Positions 36,440-51,662 of a DNA stretch of 64,000 bases are shown here, piece after piece. The notes under the pieces were generated by a model that searched no databases, was not told where the DNA came from, and was given only the letters and a program-made list of their open reading frames with translations. Positions within the stretch are counted from its first letter, which is position 1. Every line of letters starts with the position of its first letter. This DNA is from Chrysomallon squamiferum. Its lineage: Eukaryota; Animalia; Mollusca. The translations under genes were made by a program, and so were the position numbers. The stretch lies in NCBI GenBank assembly GCA_012295275.1, contig CM022672.1, positions 2,294,001 through 2,358,000 on the forward strand, read 5' to 3'.

Positions 36440-38899
36440 AGCATTCTCCATTAGTACAGATTTAACATTTTATATTAGTCTGATTAGTTTTGTAAATTCA
36501 GTAGCATAATAAATATTATCATTACACAGGATTTTGCCAGAGTCTCCTCGATGGCTGCTAACACAAGGCAGAGTGGACGAAGCTGAAGAAATCATTAAGA
36601 AAATCGCAAAGTCAAATGGTGTCGAGTTGAGACAAAAAATAAGAGAGATAACTCTGGACGATGGACCTCGTGCTAAAATAACTACCATGTTTACCTCCCC
36701 TGTTCTACTTGTCAGATGCATCGTAATATTTTTTAACTGGTATATTTTTCCAACTGTTTCATTCACTTTCAACATGAGCATGAGATAATTTGATGTAGGT
36801 AATAATAATTAATAAATAAAGTAAAATAGGAAAGATAAACAAATGAATATTACTAATATTAATATATTACATTCAAATATGGTATATGACTGTGGTCAAA
36901 ACAATGATACAGAGATCGCGTTGCTGCTGCTAAACGATGCCGTTGTCATACATGCAATAACATTCAGTGAGACGGCATAATATCGGACTGTAGATGGCTC
37001 TAATGTAAAACTCATTATTATTTTGTTTCAGGTTAGCTATCAACATAATTTATTACGGTCTTGGTCTCAACGTCGGCAACCTCAGCGGTGACGTTTATCT
37101 CAACTTCGTCATCTCCAGCATTGTAGAGCTTGTCGCCTACGTGGTCGTAATTTTCGTGATGGATAAAACTGGAAGGAAAAAGATCTACGTGGTTTCAATG
37201 TTGGTCGGAGGGATTGCCTGCCTGGCAACGGTATTACCAGTAGTTTACGGCAATGATGGTGAGTCGGTCAAATGTCAGTTTGCTGACGCAGATAATTAAT
37301 ATAAAATATCCATCAGTTCATCCATTCATCAGTCAGTCAGTCAGAATGTACAAGTATTCTCTCATCGATCCTTATTCATATTTGTCGTGACCGAACATCT
37401 ATTGGTCTGTCTGTATATATTTCTGTATGTCACTTTGTCTGTCTATCTATTTTTCAATCAGTCAGTCAGTCTGTCTGTCTATATATCTGTCTAAGTTTCT
37501 GTCTGTCTATGTATTTATCAATTTCTGTCCATCTTTTTCTGTATACGTCTATTTGTCTGATGTGTGTATATCTGTCTATCAGACTATTTAATAACCGTTT
37601 TATTAGTGTGTTTTACTTTCAGATCACAAATTGGTGACTGTTACTTTGTCCATGATTGGAAAATTTGGTGCCTCGGCAGCCTTTGGAGTGCTTTATGTAT
37701 TTTCAGCAGAGCTTTTCCCTACCGTCTTACGTCAGTCGGGAATAGGGGCGTGTTCCATATTTGAGGGTATCGGAGGAATGATTGCACCGTATATTGCAGA
37801 TCTGGTGCTTGTATACATTTTTTCTGCAAATAAAAACGAAATGTCCCCAAAAATCACTGATCACAATAGTCCTTAACTATTCGCAAATTTAAAAACGTAT
37901 TCTTTCCGTGCTTATTCAATCTCAAGCTATTTTTGCAGTCTTGTTTTTTTTGTTATCGTTGGTATAGTTGTTTTTATTGTTGTAGTTGTTTTTGTTGTTG
38001 TTGCTGTTGTTTCTCCTCCTCCTCCTCCTCCTCTTCCTCTTCTTCTTCTTCTTCTTCTTCTAATTATTATAATTATTATCATAGTTATTGTATTACTTTC
38101 AGGGAATTATTATAGGAGGACATTTTGCTTCAGTACTGCCACTGATTGTTTTCGGTGCTATCACAGTAACTGCGGGTCTAACGTCGATTGGGCTGCCAGA
38201 AACACAGAACAGAAAACTACCGGAGACAGTAGCGGACGCAATACACTTTGGAAGGTATTAACAAATAAATAAATTAAAATAATAAAAAATTCAGATTAGC
38301 ACTTAGGTAATTTACTTCAGGTGCAATGTTTATAAAATAAATTATACATTCATTTCACTAACTTATTCGATACAAATAGTATTAGCAGCAGTGATAGTCT
38401 TGGTTTGTTTTAAAGGTGCTGATGTTGTTGATGATGACAGTGGTGATCGTACTACTAGCAGTGGTAATGAAAACATCTAGAACTCATTCCAGATAACTGA
38501 TAGGAAAATAGTTGTAATAGTAGTAGCAACAATCGTAATAGTAGTTCTAGTAACAGTAGTAGTAGTAGTAGTAGTAATACTAGTAATATTTAATAGTAGC
38601 AGTAATAGTTGTAGTAATTAATAGTAATAACAGCAGTAGAAGGAGCAGTAGCAATTGGAATAGTTATGGTAGTAGTAGCAGCAGTGATCACAGTGGAGGT
38701 AGTTATTTAGTTGTTGTGGTAGGTGTTAAGAGAGTAGTCTTTCTTGTAGTAGTTGTAATCGTAATAAAACACCAATACTTTCAGAAATGGTTATGAAGAA
38801 AGAGAAATCACGCTGATGGATGCTGAGAAGGAAACTGATGAATTTCCTTTCACGGACAAAGACGAGCAAAAGAATGGCTGGGTTATATCACAGCTTTAG
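34177..38899 (+). CDS. SLC22-family organic cation transporter-like protein, copy C (about 568 aa)
   Basis: Exons 34177-34319, 34770-35019, 35286-35389, 35684-35838, 36146-36314, 36530-36739, 37032-37258, 37623-37804, 38103-38254, 38785-38899 (1707 nt). Same structure and motifs as copies A and B. Confidence 0.95.
36346..36437. repeat. (AG)n microsatellite
   Basis: Perfect dinucleotide run. Confidence 0.95.
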
Positions 38900-39143
38900 C
38901 CTGCATCGTCGAGAATTTAGCTTCCTCGAGACTTTGTGTATTTCAGACTAAAGTTAAAGAACACGTTCGATTATTATTAATTATGTATGTAGAATACTGT
39001 TTTGTATCGCTAAAGAATAATAAATAGTGATTTAAAGTCTGTTGTTACCCACTGGTTGATTGGCTTGATAGGTGGCTGGGTGAATAATTGGTATAAAATA
39101 GTAAATGTGCACAGAATATTTCTTCATAGAGTGATAACGGCGG

Positions 39144-39304
<161 letters not shown>

Positions 39305-40599
39305 ATATTTTCCCTTTGTTTCTCTCTCTCTCTATCTCTCTGTGTGTTCACCGTTTGATCATTATTTAACAACTCATGACAGATGGGTATTAAAATAATT
39401 ATGTTATCATTAACCAAATATTCATTCTTTCACTGACACATTATAAGGGCAAAATTAAGATTAACATCGAAATCATTTCTCGTAATAATAATAAATAATA
39501 ATAAAGGATGTGTCACATATAATTATCTTTGTTTTTCATTGTCTTTGTTTTCATTCTCAGCCAAGGGAAATCTTTTTTATTTTTTAAATTATTATTATTG
39601 TTATTTTTTTTTTCTTTTAACTCATTCAAACATTCATTCATTGCTTCAGTGTTTGCTTAATGATTACTGACGAAAAAATAACAACTATTTCTTGTTCAAC
39701 AACCACCAGCGGTGAATTCCAGTCAAGCAAACTGGAAAAAAAAAATACCATTGCATCATGCATGCGGAGTTTTAATCCTTTTTAAAAAAGATATGTGATT
39801 ATCTCAGCATGTTATTTAATCTTCATTTATCAGGTGTCAGTTTGAGATAATTACGACGTTGTGATAATACGAAATATAAGGCATATCTTGTTTTGCCATT
39901 GTTTTCTGATAATTATAAACTTTGTTCTAGGCAATGATCCAAAACGTGTTGTATTTTATCAACATTTATATTTTTACTTTCCAAATATGGTTTATTTTTC
40001 TGGGAAGATGGAAGATTTCGTAAAAGTGAAAAAGATATCACAACTTTACGATAGCATACATTTAAAGATGAAATACATATTTGGAGAAGAAAACATCTAC
40101 ACTTATCAATACGCAGATGTTTAGTCCTGTGAAATCTGAAATGAAAACTAAATTATAAAAGTAAATGTTGGAAGACTGCATTGTGTCAGTCTTCTTAATG
40201 TTTCCAATTCCATCCTTTTTCATTAAAGAAACTGTCTATAAAATTAACAAAATACGTGCGTATTCTTGTCTCTCTGTCATCTATCTATTATTCTATCATT
40301 AAGGTCTACGTTTATTCTGTTTTCTTTTCTTATCACTGTCTGTTTAATTCTAGATCGAAAATGCCGCAGATACATGATGATCATATTTTAGTTTTCTCAC
40401 ATTAAAATTTAAATGACGATATGTTTGTTGCAGGCAAACTGATCAATAGCTACAGTCAGTAAAAAGGTATCCACAAAATATCTGTATCTTTTATTTTCAA
40501 ATGTTTTAATCAATTTGTATGCCCGTCTTTAGATCCATTCTTCATCTGCTATGTAACTATTATTTCTCCATCTATTCATCCGTCCACTCCAATGGCCTG

Positions 40600-40846
40600 C
40601 AGAGGCTGGGGGTGGGGGCTAAGGGGCGGTGGCCCCCGGGCATCCAATCTGAGAAAAGAACTTAATAAATTTGGTTGATTTATATTTAAATCAAATAAAG
40701 TGTTTATTTTATGTTTCATCTGTTTACATATTCAAAATATCTTCTTTTCTCATAATATTTCTCAGTATTAGGTCTTACACTTGAGTCTTTGGGGCATACA
40801 ATCAAAGAGTTGGCCCCGGGCATCACCTGACCTCAGCACTCCTCTG
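40600..40846. mobile_element. Putative degenerate MITE-like insertion
   Basis: GC-rich ends with short inverted termini CAGAGG...CCTCTG, an internal direct repeat GGCCCCGGGCATC near both ends, and an AT-rich core. It interrupts a CCAT-like low-complexity tract. Confidence 0.4.
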
Positions 40847-41330
40847 GTCCAATCATATAGATATATACACACATCCCATCCGTTCTAAACCGCCTATCCG
40901 TCCGTCCATCCATCCACTATACGTCCGTTCCCGTAAACTTATCTTGTTTAGTTCCCTCCCTCTTCTGATCTCTAAGTTAATTCTTAATTTATAAACTGAA
41001 TCGCATTTAATGAAGCATTTGTTTCTCCAAGTTACAAGAATATAGAAAGTTGATCTGACGTCACAGTGTCTCAAATCTACATCACACGTCTTCTCATTCT
41101 GCATTCACATTTGACGTGATCGATCTAACTAATGGCCACAGATTTGTTCTAAAAGATTAAACTCATTCATTTGTAATCTTCGTGTGCTAACTCACGTTGT
41201 CTCCTCCCACGCTCCCCATTGAAGAAAACCTATTTCTGTCCTTATTAACTTATAATCGTTTTATCAATTCCGAATAAATGTCGTATTAATGTCCCTATTG
41301 AAAGGCTGGTATGTGCAACTACAACTTACT

Positions 41331-41384
41331 CGCGGCTCCGCGCACGAACGGAAGCGTCTTTGGTTATGACGTAGTTCCGGTACC
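41331..41384. promoter_or_regulatory. CpG-rich promoter-like patch (ETS and CRE half-site motifs)
   Basis: CGCG motifs, CGGAAG at 41349, TGACGT at 41367 and TTCCGG at 41375, clustered within 55 bp. Confidence 0.35.
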
Positions 41385-42375
41385 TTTTATTGCAATTTCC
41401 ATCAATCGCTTTTAAAAATACAATCAATTGCTTTTGAAAACTGATTTTTATTAATAGATCTCCATTTGAACTCGGCAAATTAGCCAGTTCGATAAAGAAA
41501 TATTTGTTATTGATCAGCGATGGCGTTAATGAAGGTTACTTGACACGATGTTTTAGCAACTTGATGGATCAAGAATTCTCTTTCTTTTTAACATGTTCCC
41601 CCCTACGTCATTCTCACAACATTTTCATATTATAACTCCTAAAATTCAAGATAATATCTCAGTGAGTTCCATAATATAATTTTTTTTTTTAATATTCCTG
41701 TAAATAAATAATGGCCTTTAAAACATTATGATGATCAAAGTATCATGGGTCGCTGACATTTGAATTCGTTTTTAAGAATGTTGCGAAATAGGGAAAACTG
41801 TCAGACATGATTAAAAACTGGTTGAAGATAGGAAAATTTCGGAAAACTTGGCCGTTCAGAGATTACACATGTATGTAAGTAAAAAAGTCAAAGAAATACG
41901 CAGTATATTTTATATTATTATTTATTTTATGCTGTATTTGTTTTTATTTGTAAAACTGCCAGTAATTTCAGTTAACTTCGCATAGGCATTTATTTTTATT
42001 TTATGTTATGTAATTTCGTTTCGTATGTTTTATTTTCATTTTAAAATTTATATTAATTGTTAATGATTATTTAACTTTAGTTTTGGTCTTAGATAAAAAT
42101 TATCATTTCTTGAATATTAAATTTATAATTTACAATTTTTTTTTCTTAATTAATTGCTTTTATATTTAATTTACTGATAGTACATTTTAATTTTATTATT
42201 GCTGAAAATAATATGGGATGTCACATTTAAAGTTGTTTACCTTCCTTATCCACCTTGAAGTGAATCTTATATAGTAATACAGGTTCAGCACTTCCTAGAT
42301 TTTATAAAACCACAACTACAACATCTACATTAATAATGATAATGATAATGATAATAATAATGATAATAATAATAA

Positions 42376-42406
<31 letters not shown>

Positions 42407-42921
42407 AAGAAGAAAAACAAAAAGAACAATAATGATAATAATACTGATGACAGCAGCAACAACAATAATAACAACAACAACAACAACTAGCATCTCAGCA
42501 AATCAGTAATCATCATAACATCATCATAAGTAATTAATTCTAATAACTGTTTGAAAAAATTAAACTATTTACGTTCGGACTAAGCCGATGATGTCGGAGG
42601 TCATCTCTTATTAATCTTTCCACGTTACATACGTTCGTATCAACATGCACGTTTTGCTGAAGGTAACTGACACCCACCACTCCATCCCATTGTCTCCCGC
42701 GCGTCTGTTAGTGACACGCTGCTGGGTCCAGGATATACCCCCAGCATTAACAAGCCCCCTTACTTTATCAAGTCTGTGCAAACAATACCGAGGATCAGGG
42801 AGGGCATTCTTCTTCCTTCTATTTTTAAGAGCATATTTAACTGTTAGGAAGAACTATTTCGTAGCAATGTCGTTATGTAATATTGTGTGGGAAGTTGATT
42901 TATCATGCATCGCTGTCTGTA

Positions 42922-43034
42922 ATGATGGGATTCAGCTCAAGGCTCTGTGCAGTGGATACTTGTAAAACCGATGGGAGTTGGCAGGAGAGGAGTGGATATG
43001 TGAGACCGACTGTTAGACGTGTTGAAGATAAAAG
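42922..43034 (+). CDS. Putative alternative first coding exon (MMGFSSRLCAVDTCKTDGSWQERSGYVRPTVRRVEDK)
   Basis: GC-richer island; the ATG-led frame ends at donor AG|GTATGG (phase 2) and is followed by T-rich intron-like sequence. Confidence 0.4.
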
Positions 43035-43762
43035 GTATGGTGAAATTGATGTTAACGACTTTATTTTTTTTTTAACATGTGTATTTTTGATGATGTTTTC
43101 TTTTTTTCTTTCTTTTTTTTTTCTAACTTTCTTTCAGTTTCTTTTTCTCTCTCTTCCTCTAATAATAAAAATATTTAAACACACATACATACATACATAC
43201 GCGCATACATACATACACACATACATACATACGTACATACATACGTACACACATACACACATACATACATACAAACATATAAACACACACATAGACAACA
43301 TATACACAAACTTACAGTAGATGAAATAGATTTAAATATAATTAATAAACCTACTGAAAAATAAAACACTTCAATTAACTGCTAATTACGTACAGCAGTT
43401 AATTATTAGCGGAGAGCCTAGATTTATCAATCAGTATATCCTAACAACATAACTGAGATACTGAACTCTGTCACATCTGTTAGAGACAAGTAAGGAAGGA
43501 TGTGTTCAGTATTAAATAAAACAAACTAGTATTTAATGAAGGAAATCGCGTTTTAATCGCCCATCGAGTCTTTCCGTTTGCGGCAAGTGTAACTCTTAAG
43601 GCAATTAATTTAATAATTTTGTTTCTTGGTATTTTGCTCAAAGACAGTTTGTAGAAACGTCGACTAGATTAGTATGTTAAGTGCGCTTATTAACTGATAT
43701 TTTAATAGGGTGATTTAGACCGTTAATATGTTAATATATGTATGTATGTATGTATATGTGGG

Positions 43763-43798
<36 letters not shown>

Positions 43799-46700
43799 TA
43801 TACATATATATAATATTATTATTATTATTATTACTGTATATAGAAAAAAGGTAAACGATATATACTTTGTAAAGATCTATGATTCATATAATAAAATATG
43901 ACTATTATATTACTAAGCACAAAATAAAGAAACAAATAAGTAAATGAACTATTATTACCAAAGCAAAGCAACAAATAAGGTAATAAGTAAAGAAATAAAG
44001 AAGTACAAATTAATCATTAAATAAATAAGCAAAAATAAAAATAAAAATAATAAAAGATAATAAATGAATAAATAAAAATTATAAAATAAAATTTAAATAA
44101 AACAAAACGGAACAAAAAGAAAAGAAAAAAAAAAAATAATAATAAAATAATAAATATATAAAATAAATAACTCAATAAACAAATGAATATATAAATAATA
44201 AACTAGAAATAAAATAAAATAAAATTAAATAAAAATAAAATTAAATTAAAATTAAAATTAAAACAAATTAAAATGAAATATAATGAAATAAAATAGCACC
44301 GCTAAACGAATATTAATCCCCGCGAAAGCGAACGTTACTGTAAAACGTGAACTAGCAGTTACAAATTACATACACACATGTGAAAGTAACAATTACATAT
44401 GTTACACGGTAGGGAGCAGTACAGAGAGAGTCTGGGCGTTAATGAAGCACGTGTATTGACAGACGCGATGGGAACCAGACATTTTGTCGGCCTGAAACAT
44501 TTTGGAGCTCTTTGATAGCACAGGCTGTTACGTGACGCGTTAAACTGTTAATTTGTCAACAACAACATTCTTTTAAGAAAGAAAATAACTGACTGTAAGA
44601 GCAAGAAAAAAAAAAAAAAAAAAAAAAAGAAAAGAAAATGAAGGAAAAGAGAGAGAGAGAAAAAAAATTGTAGAAGAACTGAAAAGAAGGATAAAGAAGG
44701 ACAAACGAAAGTTCAATGTTTAAAAGCAGTGTAGCGTAGGGACGCTAAAAGAAAAGAAAAATAAAGTATATGAAAAAAAAAGAGAGAGAAAAAAATAAAT
44801 TACAGAAAGTTAGAAAAAGCTCCTTCTTGTTCGTTTCTGTTAGCAAGTTCGCTTCTGACTTTTTTCTTTTCTTTTCTTCTTCTTCTTCTTCTTCTTTTTT
44901 TAATGATTTATTTATTTATTTATTATTTTTTTATTTTTGCAAACTATCGTAGTGTTTAACAATATGGTTAAATTAATATATAAAACCCCTCCCAAAACTC
45001 AAAATGATTATAGGTCATGTAAAACAAGGAAAATGATTATAGTACAGTGAATTATAATATCAAGTGAAATCATTCTTCACAGCATACAAATGGAGGCATG
45101 ACAGGACAGATATAGCGTATTTACTTGTATAATTGAAAAAACAAAAAGAACAGAAACAATAAATATTAAATAATTAAAACTGTATGTTTTATAGACGGCT
45201 TGTTATAAAAAATACTGCAACTATTACAATAACTTCAATGTCGAATCCATTTTCTTAAAGAAATAATTATATGAAAGGAAATTAAAAACATTTAAATATA
45301 CAAATATTGAAACAAAATAAAATAAAATGAAATGAAACAAAATGAAATAAATAACAACTTTTGAAAATGCGAAAAATGAAAAAAAAAAAATGAAAAAATG
45401 AAAAATGAAGAAAAAAAGAAAAGAAAAAAACACACCGCAAAACATTACAAACTGGACCTACCGCATTGCAGCGACAAAATAATGCGTGAATAATTTTAAC
45501 ATCATCATCTCAAAAAATAATATATATATATACATACTACTGATATAGGAAGGAACAATTCATTGACGAAGCAGGAAACTGAGGTTGTTTTCCTTTTGAC
45601 TAACACGTTCAGACGTCAGTGCCTCGAATTCCAGTCCGGCTGGAACTGGTTCTGTTTTTTACATGGGTGTTGAATGGAATTTTTATGTTTTTATTACAAT
45701 GCCCCTTTGCGTCTTGGTCAGTAGAAATGTAGCCACAAATTGGCCATTTATGTGTAAACACACTTAAACAATACAAGATTACCTTCTTTTCCGGCTTATA
45801 TTTTAAAGTCTGACTTCTGTTTTCCGTTCATTTATTGGACTCAGTTATGATAACATCATAACATATTCGTAGAACATTTCCATATACTCTCCGTGTTATT
45901 TTTATTTTCGCAATTTTTACTTATATATATATTTTAAATTCTCGGCTATATTTATGTATATATACGATGTCTAATCCTATATTTTTGTGAACATAACAAC
46001 ACTCCCCCCCATTTAGATATTTTGAAGAGATAAAGAAAGAACATTACTGATCTTGGATACAAATTTTACTTCAGCATTTCATTTTGTTGTCATAAGTATG
46101 TTCTAAAAATTCTGATGAGTTGTCATTATTTATAAAAGGTCTTGAAAATATTTTAACCGGTTATTCATGAATGCTAGGACAATGATTTTGGAGCATCATC
46201 GAAATCGCTAAAATTCATCAGTAGTTTCAACGTAATGAATGAAGAAATCAGTAATTACAGAAAAAAAAAAAAAAAAAAAAAAAATAAATAAATAACAACT
46301 GATAGAAATAATGTACATATATCTGTAATGATACTTTTTTTTTATACCAATATTTGACACACAATTTAATTTTGATAAACTAAAAACAAAATTTCCAAAT
46401 ATAAGAAAAGGATCTCTTAGACATAGGTTTCTGTAAGCGCGGTAGGATTTAGAAAGATGCTAGGCAGAACAGGTTTATGCTTCCATCGAAAGGGATTGAT
46501 CCGTCGATGTATCTGACATCGCACAAGCGAGGAACTCTTTGATAAAATATCTTAATTAATTTTACATCCTCGTGAATAATAATTTAAGCATAAACTGTTG
46601 ATATGAAAAATAAACTTATCATCAGTGTCATATAATTAAAGCGCATTTTGTACGCAGCTATTTATAACAAGGTATTTATAGCTTTTCATTTTATCGTTAT

Positions 46701-47007
46701 ACTTAACACTTTTTTTCCATTTCACTATCTATTTCCTGAGCGGACTGGAAGCATAAGGTTTAATATTTTTTTCGTCAGCGACAAATGCGAAACTTTTCTG
46801 ACGGTAACTGACGTTTCTCATCGTTATGTATACTTTTCTTTACACAGACTCATAAACAGGTGATACAGACATTCAAGCGCTATCACTTATACAACATATT
46901 CCATACACACGTGGATGGATACATACATATACAGATACATACAAAAACACAAACTTAATTATGCACAGATATAATTAATAGATTTTTATCCCTATTAATG
47001 CCCCCCG

Positions 47008-47128
<121 letters not shown>

Positions 47129-48292
47129 CACACAGAAACACACATCAATTTAGACACACTGATACATATACTCTTTAAATGCTTTCACAGATATTAACCT
47201 TCAGTAAAACCAAAGCGAAATAATCAATCATATATCAGCATGTGCGCTGAGATTCGTAAAGCTGTGGATCTGGTTTCACAATTTTCTTTAACTTTATATC
47301 TGTGTGAGTTAAAATAGAAACGATATCTTCATCTTTCATCGACTGAATGATGTTATCAATTTTATTACCTTCAAAACGGATAACCTGCTTTTTAGAATGT
47401 TGCTTACAAATATATTTCTTTTTCTGAGAACATTAAAGATTGTTAAACAGTTAAAAAAAAAAAAAAAAAAAATTAAAAAAGAAAAAATTCAGAAGACAAA
47501 AAAAAAAAGAATACTCCACACAAGATGATTTGCAGAATAGATAGAGGACTTCACAAGTTTCTACATTTTTTAAATATGGCATTTCCAAATGTTCCGGTAA
47601 TTTAGTTACATAAATATTTGAATGTTATATCATTTGATTAAAAAGTAAAGAAACAGTAAGTTCAGTGTAGGTAACTTTTTGGCATGCTTCCATTACAGAA
47701 CTTTTGATGGGGAAGCCACCGTGAAATGGCTTTTGCAATTAATAACTGAAAAACCCCAGAAAAATCATTCTAACGAAGAGATTTACAGAAACAAATAACA
47801 TTAATTCTTTTTCATAAGCTTCTGGTATCAAGACCACCATCAGAAAATGTTTTTCAACGGAATTCATTCCAGACGTATTCGTTAACCATCTTGCATATAG
47901 GCAATGTTTTCCTGACCACAAACTGTTCAAATATAAAGCTTAAGAAAGACAATATTTTGTATATCATATTAATATGCTATACTTTATGTTTGTCATTACC
48001 AGAGCTTTTTTTTTTATTTATATATATATACTTCCCCGTTCTTCTTATTCTTGGAAAGTACAAGTATGGTTTTCGTTTACATGTGTTAAGCTGCCCTCAG
48101 TCCACATTCCAGATGTGATTTTAGTTGTTTTTTTTATATTACCTTCGCCCGTTGTTTGCAATACTGATGTTATGTTGACGCATCATGTGGGGTTTTCCTC
48201 TAGGAAATTATTTCCGTATGTAAAATGAGACATTCAAACGCACACAACAAACACATTTATATAAAGAGACAGTAAGGAAAGGGCGATGGGAA

Positions 48293-48815
48293 AAAGAGAG
48301 ACAGAGAGAGAGAAAGAGAGAGAGAGAGAGACAGAGAGAGAGAGAGAGAAAGAGAGAGAAAATGAGAGGGAGACAGAGAGACAGAAAGACAGAGTCAGAG
48401 TCAGAGACAGAGAGAAAGAGAGAGAGACAGAGAGACAGAGACAGAGAGAAAGAGAGAGAAAATGAGAGGGAGACAGAGAGACAGAAAGACAGAGACAGAG
48501 TCAGAGAGACAGAGACAGAGAGAAAGAGAAAGAGAGAGACAGAGAGAAAAGAGAGAGAAAGAGAGAGAAAGTGAGAGGGAGACAGAGAGACAGAAAGACA
48601 GAGTCAGAGAGACAGAGACAGAGAGAAAGAGAGAGAAAGTGAGAGGGAGACAGAGAGACAGAAAGACAGAGACAGAGTCAGAGAGACAGAGACAGAGAGA
48701 AAGAGAGAGACAGAGACAGAGAGAAAGTGAGAGGGAGACAGAGACAGAGTCAGAGAGACAGAGAGAAAGAGAGAAAGTGAGAGAGAGACAGAGAGAGACA
48801 GAGAGAAAGAGAGAG
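48293..48815. repeat. Compound purine-rich (GA/GACA) minisatellite
   Basis: About 520 bp of almost pure A/G on + with the recurring unit GAGAGGGAGACAGAGAGACAGAAAGACAGAG at about 48364, 48464, 48573 and 48641, and a partial copy at about 48729. Confidence 0.9.
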
Positions 48816-49008
48816 AATGAAAAATAGATGAGAGATTTTCAATCTCGACGAATGAATAAATATTCTAAACAATTACGAACTATTTCGAACTCTTCGCTTT
48901 TGTTTTCGAGTTCTTCAATTTTTTTCTTTCATTCTAATAAAATATAAATAAAAAATTTAAAAACTATGTACTAATGTGTGTGTGTGTGTGTGTGTGTGTG
49001 AGAGTGTA

Positions 49009-49088
<80 letters not shown>

Positions 49089-49570
49089 ATTTAAAACAAT
49101 ACTTTTGCGATAGCATCATGAGAACAATATCTTTATTGCGCAAATAGTGCATTGACGAGTCTGAGTTAATTAGGACGCGCAATTAACTTGTTCCCTACTT
49201 TCAATCGCCTGACAGGGCGGAGCGATACACTCAGCTTATTGCCACACACAAGTACTTTCAAGTCGCGTGAACACGTGCCGGCCTTAATCTGCTGGAAGAC
49301 ACGTGCTGCAGATTTTATATCAAAATAAAACATCTGCAACAAGACGCGGGCAGGAAACGTTCAGTGGGTTGTTTGCCAACAAAGACAAACACATATCAAA
49401 GTGAGCAAGCATTTTTTAAAAAAAAAACATGTAATACTTTAATAACCGCACATTCTGAACGAGTGATAAAACTCTTGGCTCTTTCACTTTCAAAAATATT
49501 TTGTTTTCCATTGTGTGCGGGCGTTTGTGTTTGTGGCATGTATTTGTAACTGTTAAAAAGTGTTAGTTTG

Positions 49571-49617
<47 letters not shown>

Positions 49618-49856
49618 TTTGTTGGGGTAGGGTGTCCACTTTTCTCTCCGCCTGTTTATTTATTTATTTATTTATTTATTTATTTTCTTACCAATTAAAT
49701 GGACGCTAATACATCGCGAATACAGTGGACGTACACACATACGTACAAATGTCCAACCTTACGTACTCACGAACTCACCTACGGACTTTCAGTTACATAT
49801 ATATACACATAAATATACACCCACATATTCGCAGACACTCTTACCCACCCACACAT

Positions 49857-49895
<39 letters not shown>

Positions 49896-50376
49896 AGATA
49901 GACAAATAGATAATTAGTCTGAGAATAGGATCAAAGTCTAAACAGTCCGCAGGATTTTCTATGTAATATTTTAAATAACTCTATGCTTAAAATAAAGTTT
50001 GTATATGCAAAACATTCCTAAAATTGTAAGACACCAACATTTTTTCTGCTCGGAAAAAGTTTCGGATTTCGGATAATGGATCCTCAGCCTGTGTTATTAC
50101 GACGACGACGATGACGATAATTACGACGATAATGACATTATTAATAATAACAATAATAAATATTTTGAAACTTTAAGTGGGCTGGTTAACTGCGACTCAA
50201 TTAACTCGGTGATGCCAGATGTCGAGGTACGTTTCAACCTCGCCCATGCAAACAGAAATGTGGCAATAGTTGAAGAGCCTCTCTTGACTCAATGAATTGC
50301 AGTCTCTTGCGTTCAGAATTGACTAAACCACTTTACATTGGATCTGTCATGAGCTTCTCACAGCTAGCAATCACAG

Positions 50377-50436
<60 letters not shown>

Positions 50437-51625
50437 ACATTTCACAGCAAGCCAGTTCAGTTCGGTAGCGAATGTCGCTTCTTTTCGGTAACTGATGGTC
50501 GATAACGTTAAGACGTTTACGTTTTTTGGCCAAATCTGAGAACGTTTTCTAAATCATTTCTTTTATCTCGTTTGACATACTATTATCTAATTACAACAGA
50601 GACAAATGATTTTTGTTTTAACTGAAAAGTTAATGATTAAATATTTGGCATAAATTAGTTGAAAGGTAACTCTTAAAAGTGACTGGATTATTTGGCTGGA
50701 TAAGGATTTTATAACGAGATGTTGATGTTTTTAAGTGATGGCCTGTGAAGTACACGGATGTTTTGATGGAAGTGATTGAAACAGTGATGATTTTATTCTC
50801 AGCGCTTTTGATCATAAATTTATATATTTGTGAATGTATTTTGCTACAGTGAGGTGAGTCTTATTATTATTATTATTATTATTAGTAGTAGTAGTAGTAG
50901 TAGTAGTAGTTGTATTACTTTGTTATTACAGATTCATTTTCAATTAGAGATTTATTATGATATGTAACAACTTTTGTAAAGGAAGAAAAAAATAATTAGA
51001 AAATTATAACAAAAACATCAAATTAATAATCTCTATGAAGAGTTATTTTTAATATATTTTTTTTAACAACAACAACAATAACACGAACACGAAATCTATA
51101 AATAATATTTTAAAAAAATCAGTTAATCAATAAAAAAAAAAAACATCGCCATTATACTGGCTAAAAATAGTCTTATTCTTCTGTACATTTACTAATTTCT
51201 TAAAATAAAATTAAAGAATATGTAGCAATTCAAAACTACAACAACAACAAACACAACAACAAACAAAGCAACAACAATAATTATTTGCAGTAATAACAAA
51301 GCAAGAGACGTTATTGAACGTTCAAAAAGCTACAGTGGTGTGAGATTCTTTGTTAACCCTGCCTCCCACCAGAATCGATTTACGAGCGCTTGATCCAACA
51401 GAACACGAGAACAACACAGTTTTGTTTTTAATGTATCATGTACGAAGTACACATTAAGCAGAGTCAATCGAAGGGGGTCGCGTACTTGCATATGTAACTC
51501 ATAAATCAATTTCTTTCTTCTCTCTTTTTTTTTCACTTAGATTCTGTACTTTTGTTTTTAAACTTGTCTTACGTTAAAATGGACAACAGGTGGGCTGTTG
51601 ATAACAGTCGTGCAGAACAATTTTT

Positions 51626-51662
<37 letters not shown>

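Noticed and set aside
41357-41380. TCTTTGGTTAT resembling the 5' end of miR-9
   Set aside because: Only 11 nt match and there is no complementary arm to form a precursor hairpin.
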